From Lama glama (Eukaryota), in the NCBI GenBank assembly GCA_028534125.1, contig CM052818.1, positions 28,336,001-28,400,000 of the forward strand: a DNA stretch of 64,000 bases, read 5' to 3'. Under the pieces are notes generated by a model. That model was not told the DNA's origin. It worked only from the letters and a program-made list of their open reading frames with translations, and did not search any database. The position numbers and the translations under genes are program-made. Positions 12,606 to 26,262 of the stretch are shown one piece after another (position 1 is the stretch's first letter; every line of letters starts with the position of its first letter).

Positions 12606-12980
12606 GAAGGTTATTTCCCCAGATAGTACACACACACAGATACAAACACAAACGTGTGTGTGTATCTGTATCCTAAGGTTATCATTAACTATATATTTGT
12701 GTTGTTGTTTATCCACCATTAAATCATGAGGTCTCAGGACCATGAACTCTGCTTTCTACTAGTATTGTAAAGTCTATGATAGCTCATCAAGTACTCGAAG
12801 ATAGAAAACAAATATTAAATTAAAACAATAAATACAATGAAGGTAAAGAAAGCCAAATTCGTTTCCCTAAATATTTTGTTTGGCTATGATGTAAATTCTC
12901 ATGAGATACATATCAATAACAATAACTTAAATAAACTCCTTGGGATATAAGATATGATATAAAGTATTTTTTAAATTGCT

Positions 12981-13050
12981 CTACTCCAAAGGATTTTTAG
13001 AATGATTGCTATTGGCTACTCCAAAGGATTTTTAGGAAGATTTCTATTGG
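12981..13050 (+). repeat. Tandem duplication, 2 x 35 bp
   Basis: ctactccaaaggatttttagaatgattgctattgg / ctactccaaaggatttttaggaagatttctattgg (3 mismatches). Confidence 0.95.
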
Positions 13051-13869
13051 TTTTGTAAAAAGAAAGTCACCATTATAGCATTTGGTACAAATTTACAATG
13101 AATGTAATGCTAATAAAGTTTATTAGGTTGAGACTTGTCTTCCAAAAAAGAATTTGAACATTGTAAAGATATAGATGAAAGAGGAAAAGAATAAAATCTT
13201 TCATTGGTCATTCATTACATTGCTTATTTTTTTTAAATCTGAGGTTAAGTGTCTTTATCATTTTATTTTACTTTGTTATATATTTACTATATATATATAG
13301 TCTTTTCATTATCTTTCATGGTAATGTGTCAGCTATCAACCCACAACCAAAAGTAATATAGTAATGCTTTGTAATACGAACTAATTTTCCTGCAGGAACT
13401 CAACCTACAGTTCAGATGTGTAATACTTTTTCAACTTCAGGAGGCAAACTATTAACGAAATTATCAAAACTTTGAGAGCTAACAGAAATGGAGACCACCA
13501 CGAATCAAGTGTATTTCCAACTTAGCTTTGTAGGAAAGGTGATTTATGGCCATGATTTCTTAGACTGTATCTAGAACCTAATAAGAGTAGAATGATAATC
13601 ACAACAGATTGAAAGAATCGTACATAATCTAAATGGTAGTAAAAAGTAATTTTATTAGATGCCATATTTTCTATTTAATTAAACTGTATATCATAAGTAA
13701 AAATAGTTAATAAATCTTAAAATGGAGGAGAAGGAAAATGAAGAGGAGGATGAAGAAGGGGAGGGGGATTAAAGGGAAAAGCGAAGAAATGGAAATAAAA
13801 ATGTTCTAGTGCATACAAAGGAATCTACCTAGTACTTCAGTCTTCAAATTCTATGTGCATTTCTTCCTT

Positions 13870-13960
13870 CTTCATACCATGTTTGAAAGATTAATAAGCA
13901 ACATTATGTGAGCAGTTAGTATAGCACCTGGCCATATTAGCATTTCAGGAACATTAATTG
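13870..13960 (+). mobile_element. MIR 3' fragment
   Basis: gaaagattaataag...tatgtgagcagttagtatagcacctggccatattag. Confidence 0.55.
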
Positions 13961-14899
13961 GTGGTTCCACAGCACAGCTCAAAGAGTGCTTAGTTAGAAA
14001 TAAAGAGGAAAATAAGCCTTCAGGTGGCAGTGGCCCTAAACTCAAGGAAGACCTAAATATAAATATATTTAAATACTAAAGAAAGTGTTGTGTACAGTGA
14101 CTCAGCAGTGACTATTTTAAGATACGTAGCTTGGTCAAAACACATCCAATTTCCTCAAGGAATTCTGTGGCAGGGACATTCTTCTTCCATGAATGGGAGA
14201 AGACATGCTGCTAGCTTACCCAGAACTAAAATAATGGGTTGGAGATTCTCCTTCCTTGTCAATGCATTTCTATATTCAGTGTATATCTAAGCTGCAGAAA
14301 CTCAAACAACATGGATAATTTTGGCTCAATGAGACACACGCTTCTATGAGCTGCAAAATGTTAACAAAAATTATTAGAGTGTTGACAGCTTCCTGTGGTA
14401 TAAAACACAAAAATCTATAGTTGAGTAAAAATTTATGAAAAATGTATGCCCCAAATCTTGAAATATTTATCTTAATACCAAATGGATAGTACTTCACATT
14501 AGTTGCTTAAAAAGAAAATGAGATGTGTCCTATATTCAGAGAGTTACACATAGTTGGAATACAAATATAGTTTCAAAACTTGAGCTGTTCATATTGAATC
14601 AAATCAACATCCATAACCTCCCTGACTATATTAAATTAGAACTCACTAAAAAACACTAAATATAAGTGATCTCAAATATCCTATATGCAGTTAGACATGT
14701 CGCTATATAAAATATTTAATAAACTCAGTGTATAACTGTGAAAAACTTTCAAATGGGAACCTAATACAGGAGTTCTAGTTTTCTCTGTTTAGTATCTGTA
14801 TCATATTTTATTTTATTTTTTCTGTGAATAAGAAGATATAACATAGCTGAGAAGAAAGGAGAAGTTAACAAAAGATGCCCAATATACTTAGTTAATTAT

Positions 14900-15120
14900 A
14901 CTTGCAAATATTAACTAATATATATAAAAATAGATAGAAAACAGATTTCTTCTGTATAGCACAGGGAACTATATTCAGCATCTTGTAATAAACTTTAATG
15001 AAAAAGAACATGAAAACAAATATATAGATGTATATATATGACTGGGACATTATGCTGTATACCAGAAAGTGACACATTGTAACTGACTATACTTCAATTA
15101 CTTCAATTTAAAAAAAAAGA
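14900..15120 (+). mobile_element. 5'-truncated L1 3' UTR (camelid-type) with poly(A)
   Basis: ctgtatagcacagggaactatattca...gactgggacattatgctgtataccagaaagtgacacattgtaactgactatacttcaat plus A-tail. Confidence 0.9.
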
Positions 15121-16352
15121 AAGCAAAACAACAATAATATAAAAGTGTTATAACTCAGCAAAATTACAGGTCCCTGCCTTTTAAAGGGAATTTTGCTCTG
15201 ATTTAGAGTTTTAATTTAATTTTTTCACTACTTATGACAAAGGCAATTACTCAAAAATATTTGTCATGGCATGCCATTAGAGTTGTTTTAGTGAGCCAGA
15301 GCACGCCAGGATGTCAGACTTCACCTGGCAACACAGGACCAGAGAAGAATGGAAGGAAGGAAAGAGATGAATTATTGGGGGAAGCAAGATAAAGTAAGTG
15401 AAGGGAAGGAAGAAAAGGAGACTATACTACGGAGTAGCTAAACCAGAGTAGTCATTCAGTGAATGGAACACAGGGAGAAAGGAAGGATAAAAACTAACAG
15501 AAGGGGAGGAAATATATGATACTTAATTTAAATCTTAAATGTAGAAAGAATGCTTTACTGTAGCAATTTCTGCTCATTTTTGTATCTCTTATAAGACAAG
15601 ATCTTTCCTCCAACCACCTCAAATAGGTAAATTATTTCCCTCTATATCACTTGTGTTAATGTCCTCATTATACTTACTATTATGTATTATAACAGTGTCT
15701 GTGCTTCTCCAATGTTGGTCCAAGTAGCTTAGTGTTTTGGAATGAGTCTACTTAATTTTCAAAGTCTGTGCTATCATTACTATGGTGAAAAACATGCTTC
15801 ACCTCCTTTCCCTAGAAGTCGTAAGTAGTGGTAGACACTGGCCCCTTCAGAAGAATTCCCTTTGTCTCTAAATGATAGTGCCAAGTATGCAATTACTTGC
15901 ATGGAGCAGAATTGTCTTACAAAGGCAATAAGCAGTGAAAAGTAGATACACAGTCCAAAGCTTAGAATCTACCAGAAAAGGAAAAAAAAAGTAGCTTTCA
16001 CTAAGGAAAGGAAGACAATTTCATCTGTCTAATCAAGAAGGCATAAAATATCTGTTATTTGTTTTGCAAGCATAGGTCAAAAGCCCACTATTTTTCAAGG
16101 AAAAAATATCCTTTCATTTCAATTAACCTTATAAAGCCATCAGTAAATATTTTTGAAAAATATTTCTGGCAACTATAAGGGCATAAATTGTTTTAAAGAG
16201 AAGTTTTTTATTAAGATAAATGGAGACCTGTGTTGGAGTTCAGAGTTCAATCAAATTTCCAAGTCAAGAATCTGAAAGATGAGGTTCTTGAGAAAGTACC
16301 TCAAAAGCTGACTTGAAGACCCCTGCTCCCATCCTATAAGACACTGCACCGG

Positions 16353-17274
16353 TGTTTAGGGAAAATACACTCTTTCCTCCTTTACTAGTCACACAGAACA
16401 CTTCACTTTTGACACTTCTGTTCACCAAATGTGTGCGGAGTTTCCCCTCAAACTCCTATATCAAGTAATTAATACATACTTGATATGGGGGAAGTCTGAA
16501 TTGTGGGACACTAGCTGGGGTCCTATAATTCAACTTAATTCTGATACTATCTATCTGGAGTTAGTGCCACATCCCACAAGTTACGACCTCAGTTCTATAA
16601 GACTGCTCTCACTTGAGACATGGATGGCAAGTCTCAGATTGCCACCTGTACTTTAGACCAATTGGCAATAAACTGGGGTTCCGATGACTCTCTCCTTGGG
16701 TTCAGTGATTTGCTAGAATGGCTCACAGAACTCAGGGAAACAATTGTATTAATCAGCTTATTATAAAGGATATAATAAAGAATACAAAGAACAGCCAGAT
16801 GAAGAGATACATAGGGGTGTGTGGGAAGCAACTTCTATAGCCTCTCTGTGAGCACTTTCATGTGTACACCAATCCGGAAGCTCCCTGAACTCTGTACTTT
16901 TGGGAATTTTGTAGATACTTTATCATGTAAGCACGATGAATTGTTAACTCAGTCTCCAGGCTCTCTCCCTTCCTTGAATGATGGGGGGTAGGGCACAAAT
17001 TTCCAAGGTTCTAATCATGGCTTGTCTTTCCAGGGACCAATCCCCATCCTAAAACTACCCAGGAGTCCACCAACAGTCACCTAATTAAAGCAAATGACAC
17101 TCCTGTCACCCAAGAAACCCCAAGAGACTAAGGAGCGCAGGGTAAAAGCCAAATATTAAAACAAAAGATGCCCCTAGAGTTATTATCATTTAGAAAATTT
17201 TATGATTTTAGGAGCTCTGTGCCAGAAACTGGAGGCAGAGGGCAATATATATTTTTGTTTCAATTTTTTTCACA
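16353..17274 (-). mobile_element. MER21-like LTR
   Basis: Minus strand starts TGTGA...TATATATT...TTTCTGGCACAGAGCTCCTAAAA and ends CA; internal gatttgctagaatggctcacagaactcagggaaa is typical of MER21. Confidence 0.85.
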
Positions 17275-19029
17275 AGAAATGTCCATAAATGTTTTCAAGA
17301 GCAAGGCTAGTCTCCTAAAGCAATGACCAAGGTCTGTTTTTTCCCTTTTTCGATATTAAAGACAAAATTACTATATTACTTATATCATTCTGCACATAGT
17401 ATTGGTCTAGACTTTAACTTATCCCAAGGCAGAACTGCTGCAGAATACTGTGATTCTAAATCTAAAAATTTAGAAAACTGACACAGTATTAATTTTAGAG
17501 CTGATCTAATAGAAGATCTAATTATCATAATGCTCATACAGGGAAGGTTTTTTGAAACAAGGTATTATGATACCAATATTATCATTAGTTAGGGATGTTT
17601 CAAAATTTCCTAGTGAAAGTAAAAATAAATTGAAGAGTTTGGTTCAGAAACAGGAATCTAGGGAAATTTAAAAGATATATATTTTAAATACCAGCATGAA
17701 AAACAGAAATAATATCACTTTAGTTACTGAGTTAAAATCTTACTCAAAAATAAAAACTTCTAAAACTTCTGAAGAAAACATATGAATATCTTTACACAAA
17801 TGGATGTGTATATTCCAACCATCAATGGACAGGATGTTTCAGGACCATGTCTGTGATTGACCCTTATTTATAGATATTTAAATGCTATACAACTTTATAA
17901 TTAAGATTCTATAATCTTATAATGAAGATACTCATCATTATAGAAGAACCATTAAATTTCAGTGAGTTTTAATGACCATAATAAACTGAGAAAAGAGAAT
18001 GGGATCTAGAATAATTAAATTAGTCTGCATTAATAAGTTAACATTATGTATTCACCTTCTAAACAAGGGTTAGCAATAGAGATTTAAGATACAAAACATA
18101 TTATTGGAATTACATTGTAGAAATTTCTTGAAGGATAAAAACTAGAATTAACACAGGTCCTTATACAAATATTGGCTGTTTAATAATAAAAAGAAAACTT
18201 ACTATCATTATTAGAGATATAAGAGACTAGAAAGAAGAAATTCATTAAAAACAAAATCTTAAAGTGAAAGGTTCAGTCAAGACTGCAAATGGGAGACAGA
18301 TGGGAGATGCTGAAAGCCAGACTGCAGGTCTGCCTAAAACTAATTGGAGTCAGCTTTAGATACTCATTTGTTTGGTACCTTATGTGAATTTTGAATGCTA
18401 GAATATTTTTCCCTTAAAAATCATACAAGTTCCCCATAATACCCATGGTTTAATGTTAGTATATCTTAGTGTATTACAAACACATCCTTTTCTCTGCTGA
18501 CTCCAGTTCTAACAGAGAGAGAAAAAAAAAGAAAAGAAAGAATAAAGAAAAGGAGAGAGGGAGGGAGGGAAGGAGAAAGGCTTCCCTGCATCTGTGGAGA
18601 CAGGTAGCATCTGGATAGCCAGCGGCTGAGTGGTTTTTGCTGTCCAAGTTGCTGACTGGCTTGGTGGTGAGGGAGTGTATAGGGTTTTATGATGACATAT
18701 GAGCCAGGCAGAATCAAGTACATACTCAGAATACTTACAACAAATGTACCTCTCACTGCAACTAAGTATAGTGCCAGGGGAAGGGAACAATTCAGACACG
18801 ATTTACAAAGATTCCTTCGATTATCACAAGGACTACTCTGAAAATACACAGGATCATTTCCATTAACAGTGATGTAAAACGTGACACATAAAGGAGCAAG
18901 TATGTGATCAAACAAAAGCATAACAACCAGATTTCAGCTCAAGCTTCCATGGAATTGACAATAGACAACACAATAGATATTTCCTGGAATTTTTAAGGCA
19001 TTGATCTAACATGAAGTGCTACACCATGA

Positions 19030-19440
19030 ATTCATTTGTTCATCCTTTTATCCACTTAACAAAGACTTATAGAAGAATAATCCAGTCAAGGCACGTGACT
19101 TTAGGATATGGAGATTCAAATATAAAAATGATGGCACGAATATTGCCCTTAGGGATCTTACAGCCTAGTGGGGGATGATGAGAAGATATACTCTACATAG
19201 AGATGGCTCTAATACAATGAACCCCTAGTAAGTGCCATGGTAAGATTACAGGTAAAGCACTGTTCAGTTTCACAGGAAAGAAAGGTTGAGTATAGTTGGG
19301 AGCTAGTGATGACTTCAGCAGAAGGTGCATTTGAGCTGAACTTTGCAGGGTGGGTCTGCAGCAGTATTTGGTCAGGGTGTCTACATCAAGAGCTACAAAG
19401 GTATGGAGGCATTTGGCACAGAAATCTAAAAGAATCAGAA
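19030..19440 (-). mobile_element. L2 LINE 3' fragment
   Basis: attcatttgttcatcc...cttacagcctagtgggg...atttgagctgaactttg. Confidence 0.7.
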
Positions 19441-22400
19441 TGGGTATGCATACAACTTGGAAGATATTTTAGGATTGTTTTATTTCTATTGACCCAGCAC
19501 TTCTGTTTCAGTAACTACCCTAAGAACTGATCCCAATACATAAGGAGGCAGGTGCAAGGATGTGGCAGATTTTTAAGAAATGCTGTTAAGTGGGAAGAAT
19601 ACAGAGCCCAAATTAAGTATGGTATAATTTGTTCAAAAAATTACACACATAAACTACGTTTTATAGGTGCATATATGTATGCACACACATATGTTTTCTG
19701 AAAGGAAATGAATCAAATTAATAGCATTGGTTTCCTCTGAAAACTGTAATAGAATAGAAGTAATAATGTTATTTTCATGAAGAAGATGGATTTGTGAATT
19801 TTTTGTGTAATCAGAAACTAATCAAAAGTACTGAGTGTTAAAGAGTGCATTTAGATAAATAATTCACTTCCCCGAAATAACCGAAAGCACTCTCGCATTT
19901 CTTCAGTCCCTTGGAATGACCTTGTTTTCCTTGGTTCTTTACTAATTACACACTTGACTTCACATAAATCTCTTTTCTTATTAGTAAGGGTTTTTCGTAA
20001 TAAAGTAGGGTACCCTCTCTTAGTTATGATAGAGTTTTCTTACAGGAATTTTACACAAAGTATATCACAAACATCAAAAGATGAGTGCATTTAGAATAAA
20101 AGAATATTTGATTATTATTAATTTTCCCCTTCCTATCTTGGGGACATACTCTCCTTGGAATGTGGTGGCTAAATGTGTCTCTTCATAATGTATTAGAATT
20201 TCCACTAATAGTGAAAAAATAAAACTGGAGGAAGAAGATAGGTGAACAGAAATGCAATTATCATACTGGATTCTGGCCAAGAAACCAGGATCATTTCTCT
20301 GTCAAAAAAAAAAAATGCTAAGAATCTGTTTCAGGTATGTGAGGTCAGAACCTCTGTTTTGCATTTCACTGGAAATCATGGCCTCCGTAGGCACAGCAGG
20401 TCTTAACAATGTGTTCTGAGGCCGACTGACTGGGTCTTAGCAGAATGGAAGGTGCCACTTATTTCATCCATCCCCTACCTCCTCTGCTCTTTTAGCAATT
20501 CCCCTTTCTCCCTGAAGGATCATGTATGAAGCAGATATTGTTAAAACTCTGCATCCCTGGGGATGGCAGCCTGATGCAGCTGTGACCAGAGAGTCTAAGT
20601 GCCAATTGTGAAGGAAGCAGTTATAGCAGCAGTGGGCAGGGGCAGAGTGGATCCTCTTGCAGAGGTGGTGGGATTTGTTTTAAATGTCATATCCTTGTTG
20701 CTCCATTACTGTTCAGTAATATTTAGAGGACTTCAGTAATTACATTTGAGATGGGAAATTAGCATAGCCTTGAATTTGTATTTCAAACTGGAAAATATTT
20801 AAGGCCTCCACATATATTCTTGTAAGTAATGCAACTTGTTTTTATTAGACATTTTTTGCTTCATTTCAACCTTGGGTCCCTGAACTTCATTTTGTCTTTT
20901 GAATGACTAAATTTCATAGAAAAAAATCTGCCATCATAGATACTGGTCTGGCTATAACACTTTCTTATACTTGAAATACTCCCCACTAGTCAAAGGGTCC
21001 TGGAAAGACACATTTGTACCACCAAAAACCTTGGCTTTCTGATTTCCTTAGAGTTGTACATCAAGATATTATCACTAACATAAAACTCTGTGTGGTGCCC
21101 AGTGGGCTGGCATTGTCCCATTCCTACCAGACCCTAGGAGGGATTCCTTATTTGGCACATCAAGCTGGCACTGCTTCTCTGTGTGCTATTACAGGAAAAG
21201 CTGAATGCCAGAACAGGGAGGCATTTTGTAGCATAAACGCCAGAGGAATATTTAGACCGGAGCATTTGCTGATCCATATGCTTTTACTACAGCTGTTATT
21301 TTCATTTTCACTAAGGTAGGGAATCTGCTCAGTAAAGAATAATTTTGAGATTATTTCTGCCTCGTTCACAGATTTACTTGTGAACATATCCTGAGCATAC
21401 AACAAAATCTTTTGGATTAAAAGAACATTTTATTTAATTTGATTATATGTGAGTATGCATTTATACTATAGGCTAGTTAGAGCTTATAGGGAGCCTTAAC
21501 GTGCATTATCTGTTTCTCTGGCTTTGAGGCTAATAGCATAAGGTGTGGAATGAGGGTATGGTGGGGGTGATACTTCCAGCTGGCTCTATACTGAAAAGGG
21601 GGGGCTATGGTAGAGGGACACAGTTTGTAATAATAGGGCTCTGATAACAGAAGGAAGGAACACAAAGAAAAGAAAAGAGAAATCTTTCCACACAGGAAGG
21701 AGGAAATACTAAGGTTGAAACTGCTCTGGGATGTTGAAGGAAACCATGCCTTCTCTAGGGCATTGCTTACATCTGGAATATATGTTTAAATAATTAACAA
21801 TTCCAAATTCTCCTTAAGTTAGATGAGAGATAAAGGTTATCATACCTACTGCCACCACAGCCTTTAATGAAGAACCATAATTAAAGAAATGCCAAATATC
21901 TGTATTCTATATACATAAATAATCCAAATAAGACATGGGTTAAAATAAAGCAACAGCAATTTATCAGTATAGTGTCCCAGAGGCATGGAGATGTGGGAAC
22001 TTTGTCCTTTAAAATTCTGAGAAAATATTCAGCAACAAATGCCTCTCACTAGTCTAACAGTGAAGAAGACTGGAACAAATAATTTCTTAAACTTCCTTTA
22101 TACCCAACTCTCTGTAATTTTCAAACTAATACTTATAACCAGTTGCTTCTCCCTTAGGTTCTACCAGTAGGTTATCAATGAATATGAGTATTACTTGGTT
22201 TATTCGTGACACCTCCTACCCACAAAGCAAAGCCAGTCCATTTTATACTTAAGTGGAGCAGCTTATTGGTTAAAATAATAAAATGATCATAGGTCATTAC
22301 TTCACGTAAACTGCAAAAAAAAAAAAATACGTTTGCCATTCTATTTCCTAACAAGATATGACACATTCATCTTTCAACTGTAAACATTTTTGGTTACACA

Positions 22401-22959
22401 GCTATGAAGGACACCATAAATCTCTTTCTATATTGGGAAATTAGTTAATTACTTTCTGATTTAGTATGTGTACTAAAATGATAACATACTATTCTGATTA
22501 GAATAAGAAGTCCTAATTGGTAGGACATGTGTATAGGTATGCAAAAATAGACACAAAGTATAAGTCTAATTTGATGAAAAAATCCTGAAAGTATTTGTTT
22601 ATAGTTGTTAATTTTGTAAATAGTAAAGATAAATTGAGCTTAGATACAAAGAAACTGTCCATGGTGGGACTGAATTAGTTGTATTTGATAGTACAATCTT
22701 ACAATTTCAAACAAATCAAAATTATATCATTATGACTTACATACGTTAAGGATTTTAAAGGTTCTTATTTGCTGTTACCTCTGAATTCTAAAATAGGTAG
22801 TGAAAATCTTGGTATCCCAGTATAGGCAAAACATGATCATATTCTCATTTATTGTGCAGATCAATGAAAAATAATTTCATTATTAGTCCAGCTTTCTGCC
22901 TTAAGTTACTTTCAAGACAACAATATAAGGAAATGGGGTTTAAGCAAAGCATAGTGATA

Positions 22960-24425
22960 TTGCTGAGCTGAGGAGGCAGAATTCTGAGCTCAGCCTACTG
23001 AAGTGACTGAAAAATTGGAGTGTAGGATATTGGAAAGTAGGTTACTGCACAGAAAAGGATCTAGTTAAGTCTTTGGATAAACCTTAAACTCCACATATGC
23101 AACTTGGAATTGCATGATGTCTAGTTACTGGGAAGTTGAACAGCAAACAGAAATTCTATGGGTCAAAAAATATAAGGAGACATAAGAATTCTAGCCTGAC
23201 AGAGTAGAGAGACCATGTTGACTACCTCTGGTTTTCAAATGAGATTTCAAAAGGTCATACCTTAAAAGAACTACCTGAGACATTTAATAAGGCCTAACTT
23301 AGGTTTACTCTAACAAAGCTTAAAATCAATCTTAATTAGTATCACATAATTCACCAGTAAATTAATTGCCTCTTAGGGGGAAAAATACCTTCATTACTCT
23401 TTAAAGGAAGACAACAGAAACCAGACTGTCAACAATGTACCATTTAAAATACTTTTTAAAACATTTTTAAAAATTAAAAAAATAAAGAAGCAGAAAACCA
23501 TTGACTGTTACTGTAATTAAGAAAAAAAGACAATGTGAATAGAACCACAAATGAAATTTTTGAGCTATGACATAAGAGCTATAAACAATATTTAATATAT
23601 TTCAGAAAAGATAAATACACTGGTTGAAAAAGCAATGAGACTCCCAACAGAATAATGGAAATGATAAAATGAAGTAGAAATTCAAGAACTAAATGATAAA
23701 ATACTTAACATAAGAAACTTATTTGATAAAACAATAACTGATTGAAAACTGCAAAGGAAATGATCAGAGAAGTTGAAGAAACAGAAAAAAATTATCTAAA
23801 CAGAAATTTAGAGGGAGAAAAAAGCTGGCAGAAATAAACAAGAGAATCTATCATATGTGAGAAAATAAGAAAAAGAAATCAAACATTTCAGTGATTTGAA
23901 TGTCAGAGATAGAGGAGAGAAAAATAAGAGCTGAAAAATATTTTGAAGAAAATAATGCTGAAAAATGTTTACTTGTAAAGAATATCTACTCACTGTTTTA
24001 AAAAGGTCAGTGAATCTCAAGAAGAATAAACAACAGCAAAACCATACGTAGCTTATCATAGCAAAATTTCTGAAGAGCAAAGATTTAAAAAATCTTAAAA
24101 GTGACTAGGGGTTGAAGGAATTACATGTCTGAGAACAATGATAAGAAACACTAATTACTTTTCTTCAGAGACAATGCAAGCACAGATCTCAAAGGAATAA
24201 CATCTTTAATGTTCTGGGAGAAAAAAAAAAATCACCATTCTAGAATTCTATCAAGTGAAAATACTGTTACAAAAAGGAAGACAATATAAAGACATTTTGA
24301 GATTAAACCAAAAATGAATTAATTTTGACCAGTACAATGTAAGAAATGTTATAAACAGTTATTTAAGTGCCAGGAGCATAATCCAGATGGAATCTTGGAT
24401 CTAACTAAAGAAATGAAGAGCACCA
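22960..24425 (+). mobile_element. Old L1M (L1MC/MD/ME-like) 5' region and ORF1, degenerate
   Basis: ORF1-like motifs gaaattcaagaactaaa, ttcttcagagacaatgcaagc, ctagaattctat, gaaatgaagagcaccag. Confidence 0.75.
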
Positions 24426-24426
24426 G

Positions 24427-25977
24427 ACTAACAGAAACTGTTTATCTCTCTCCAAAATTCATATGTTTAAACCTAACCCCCAATGTAATGGTATTTGGAA
24501 GTGAGGCCTTTGGGAGGTGATTAGACCCTGAAGGCAGAGTCTTCATCAGTGGGATTAGTGTCCTTACAAAACAGACCCTCATCTCCTAAAGTAAAGGAAA
24601 TAAAAGCAAAATAAACAAACGGGACATCATTAAACTTAAAAGCTTTTGTACAACAAAGGAAACCATCGACAAATGAAAAGACAACCTACTGAATGGGAGA
24701 AAATATTTGCGAATGATACAACTGATAAGGGATTAACATCCAACATAAATAAACAGTTCATACAGCTCAACATCAAAAAACAAACAAAACCACCCCAATT
24801 TAAAAATGGGCAGAAGAACTGAATATACATTTTTCTAAATTCGAAATGGTGATGGCCAACTGGCACATGAAAAGATGGTCAGTGTCATTAATCTTCAGGG
24901 AAATGCAAATCAAAACCACAATGAGATATCACCTCATACCTTCTATTATCAAAAGAATACAAACAACAAATGTTGGCAAGGATGTGGAGAAAAGGGAACT
25001 CCTACACACTGTTGGTGGGAATATAAATTGATGCAGCCACTGTGGAAAACAGCACGAAAGTTTCTTAAAAAACAAAAAATAGAACTATTACATGACCCAG
25101 CAACTCCACTCCTGGGTTTATATCCAAACAAACCAAAGACATTAATTCAAAAAGATACATGCACCTCAATGTTCATAGCAGCATTACTTATCATTGCCAA
25201 GGTATGAAAGCAACCTAAGTGTCCATCAGATGAATGGATAAAGAAGATGTGATATATGTGTGTGTGTGTGTGTGTGTGTATGAATCTCACAACTTCATCC
25301 ATTTCATCTGTTGTATATATGTATACATATACATATATATATGTATGCATGGATGGATATACTTGAACGGCATTATGCTAAGTGAAATAAGTCAGACTTG
25401 GAAAGTCTGTATGGTATCATTTATATGTGGAATCTAAAAAAAATAAAACAAACTAGTTAGTGTAACAAGAAGCAGACTCACAGATACAGAGAACAAACCA
25501 GTGGTTAGTGATTGGAAGGGGGAGGGGCAACATAGGGGTAGGGAGACGGGGTTCAAACTGTAAGGTATAAAATAAGCTGCAAGGATATATTGTACATATT
25601 GTACATGTAAGCAACATGTATATATTGTATGTGAAATATAGCCAATATTTTATAATAACTACAGAGTATAACCTTTAAAAATTGTGAATCACCATATTAT
25701 ATATACCTATAACTTATATAATATTGTACAGCAACTATACTTCAATTTAAAAAATAAAAATAAAAAGAGACCTCAGAGAGCAACCTTATCTCTTCCACCA
25801 TGTAAGGACACAGAGGGACAATAGTCATCTATGAACCAGGTGGCAGGCCCTCACTGAATGCCAAATCTGCCAGTGCCCAGATCTCAGCTTTCTAAGTGTC
25901 CAGAACTGTGAGAAATAAATTTCTATTGTTTATAAGACACCCAGTCTATAGTTTTCTATTATATCAGACTAAGACAG
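24427..25977 (+). mobile_element. MaLR LTR (MLT1A0-like) split by an L1 insertion
   Basis: ccaaaattcatatg...gggattagtgtccttacaaaacagacc | L1 | agagacctcagagag...ccagaactgtgagaaataaatttct...gactaagaca. Confidence 0.88.
24578..25762 (+). mobile_element. 5'-truncated L1 (end of ORF2 plus 3' UTR and poly(A)) with TSD
   Basis: ORFs [41 protein letters not shown] are ORF2p C-terminal motifs; TSD aaaacagacc (24568-24577) / aaaagagacc (25763-25772). Confidence 0.93.
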
Positions 25978-26262
25978 AAATTGATATGAGAAATGGGGTG
26001 CTGCTATAACAAACAGCTAAAAAGAGGCAAGGACTTGGAACTGGGCAATGGGTAGAGGTTGGAAGACTTTTGAGACGCATGTCAGAAAAAGCCTACATTG
26101 CCATGAACAAAACATCAAAAACAATTCTAGTGAAGGCTCAGAAAGAGAAGAGCTCTAGAAAGTCTCAATCTTCTTAGAAAATATTCTGAATTTAGAAAGA
26201 GAAGTAATCTTGAACAGAATGTTGGTAGAAATAAGAATAATAAAGCCATTCTGATGAGGGGG
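25978..26262 (+). mobile_element. MaLR internal sequence (MLT1A-int 5' part)
   Basis: Follows the LTR directly: gaaattgat...ggggtgctgctataacaaa...ttggaactgggcaatgggtagaggttggaaga. Confidence 0.8.

Noticed and set aside
12981..13050. CRISPR-like 35-bp repeats
   Set aside because: Only two adjacent copies, no spacers, no cas genes, mammalian context
18466..18921. 151-aa ORF as a single-exon gene
   Set aside because: Non-ATG start, runs into a simple repeat, no homology recognised; only the internal exon-like part is kept as a candidate
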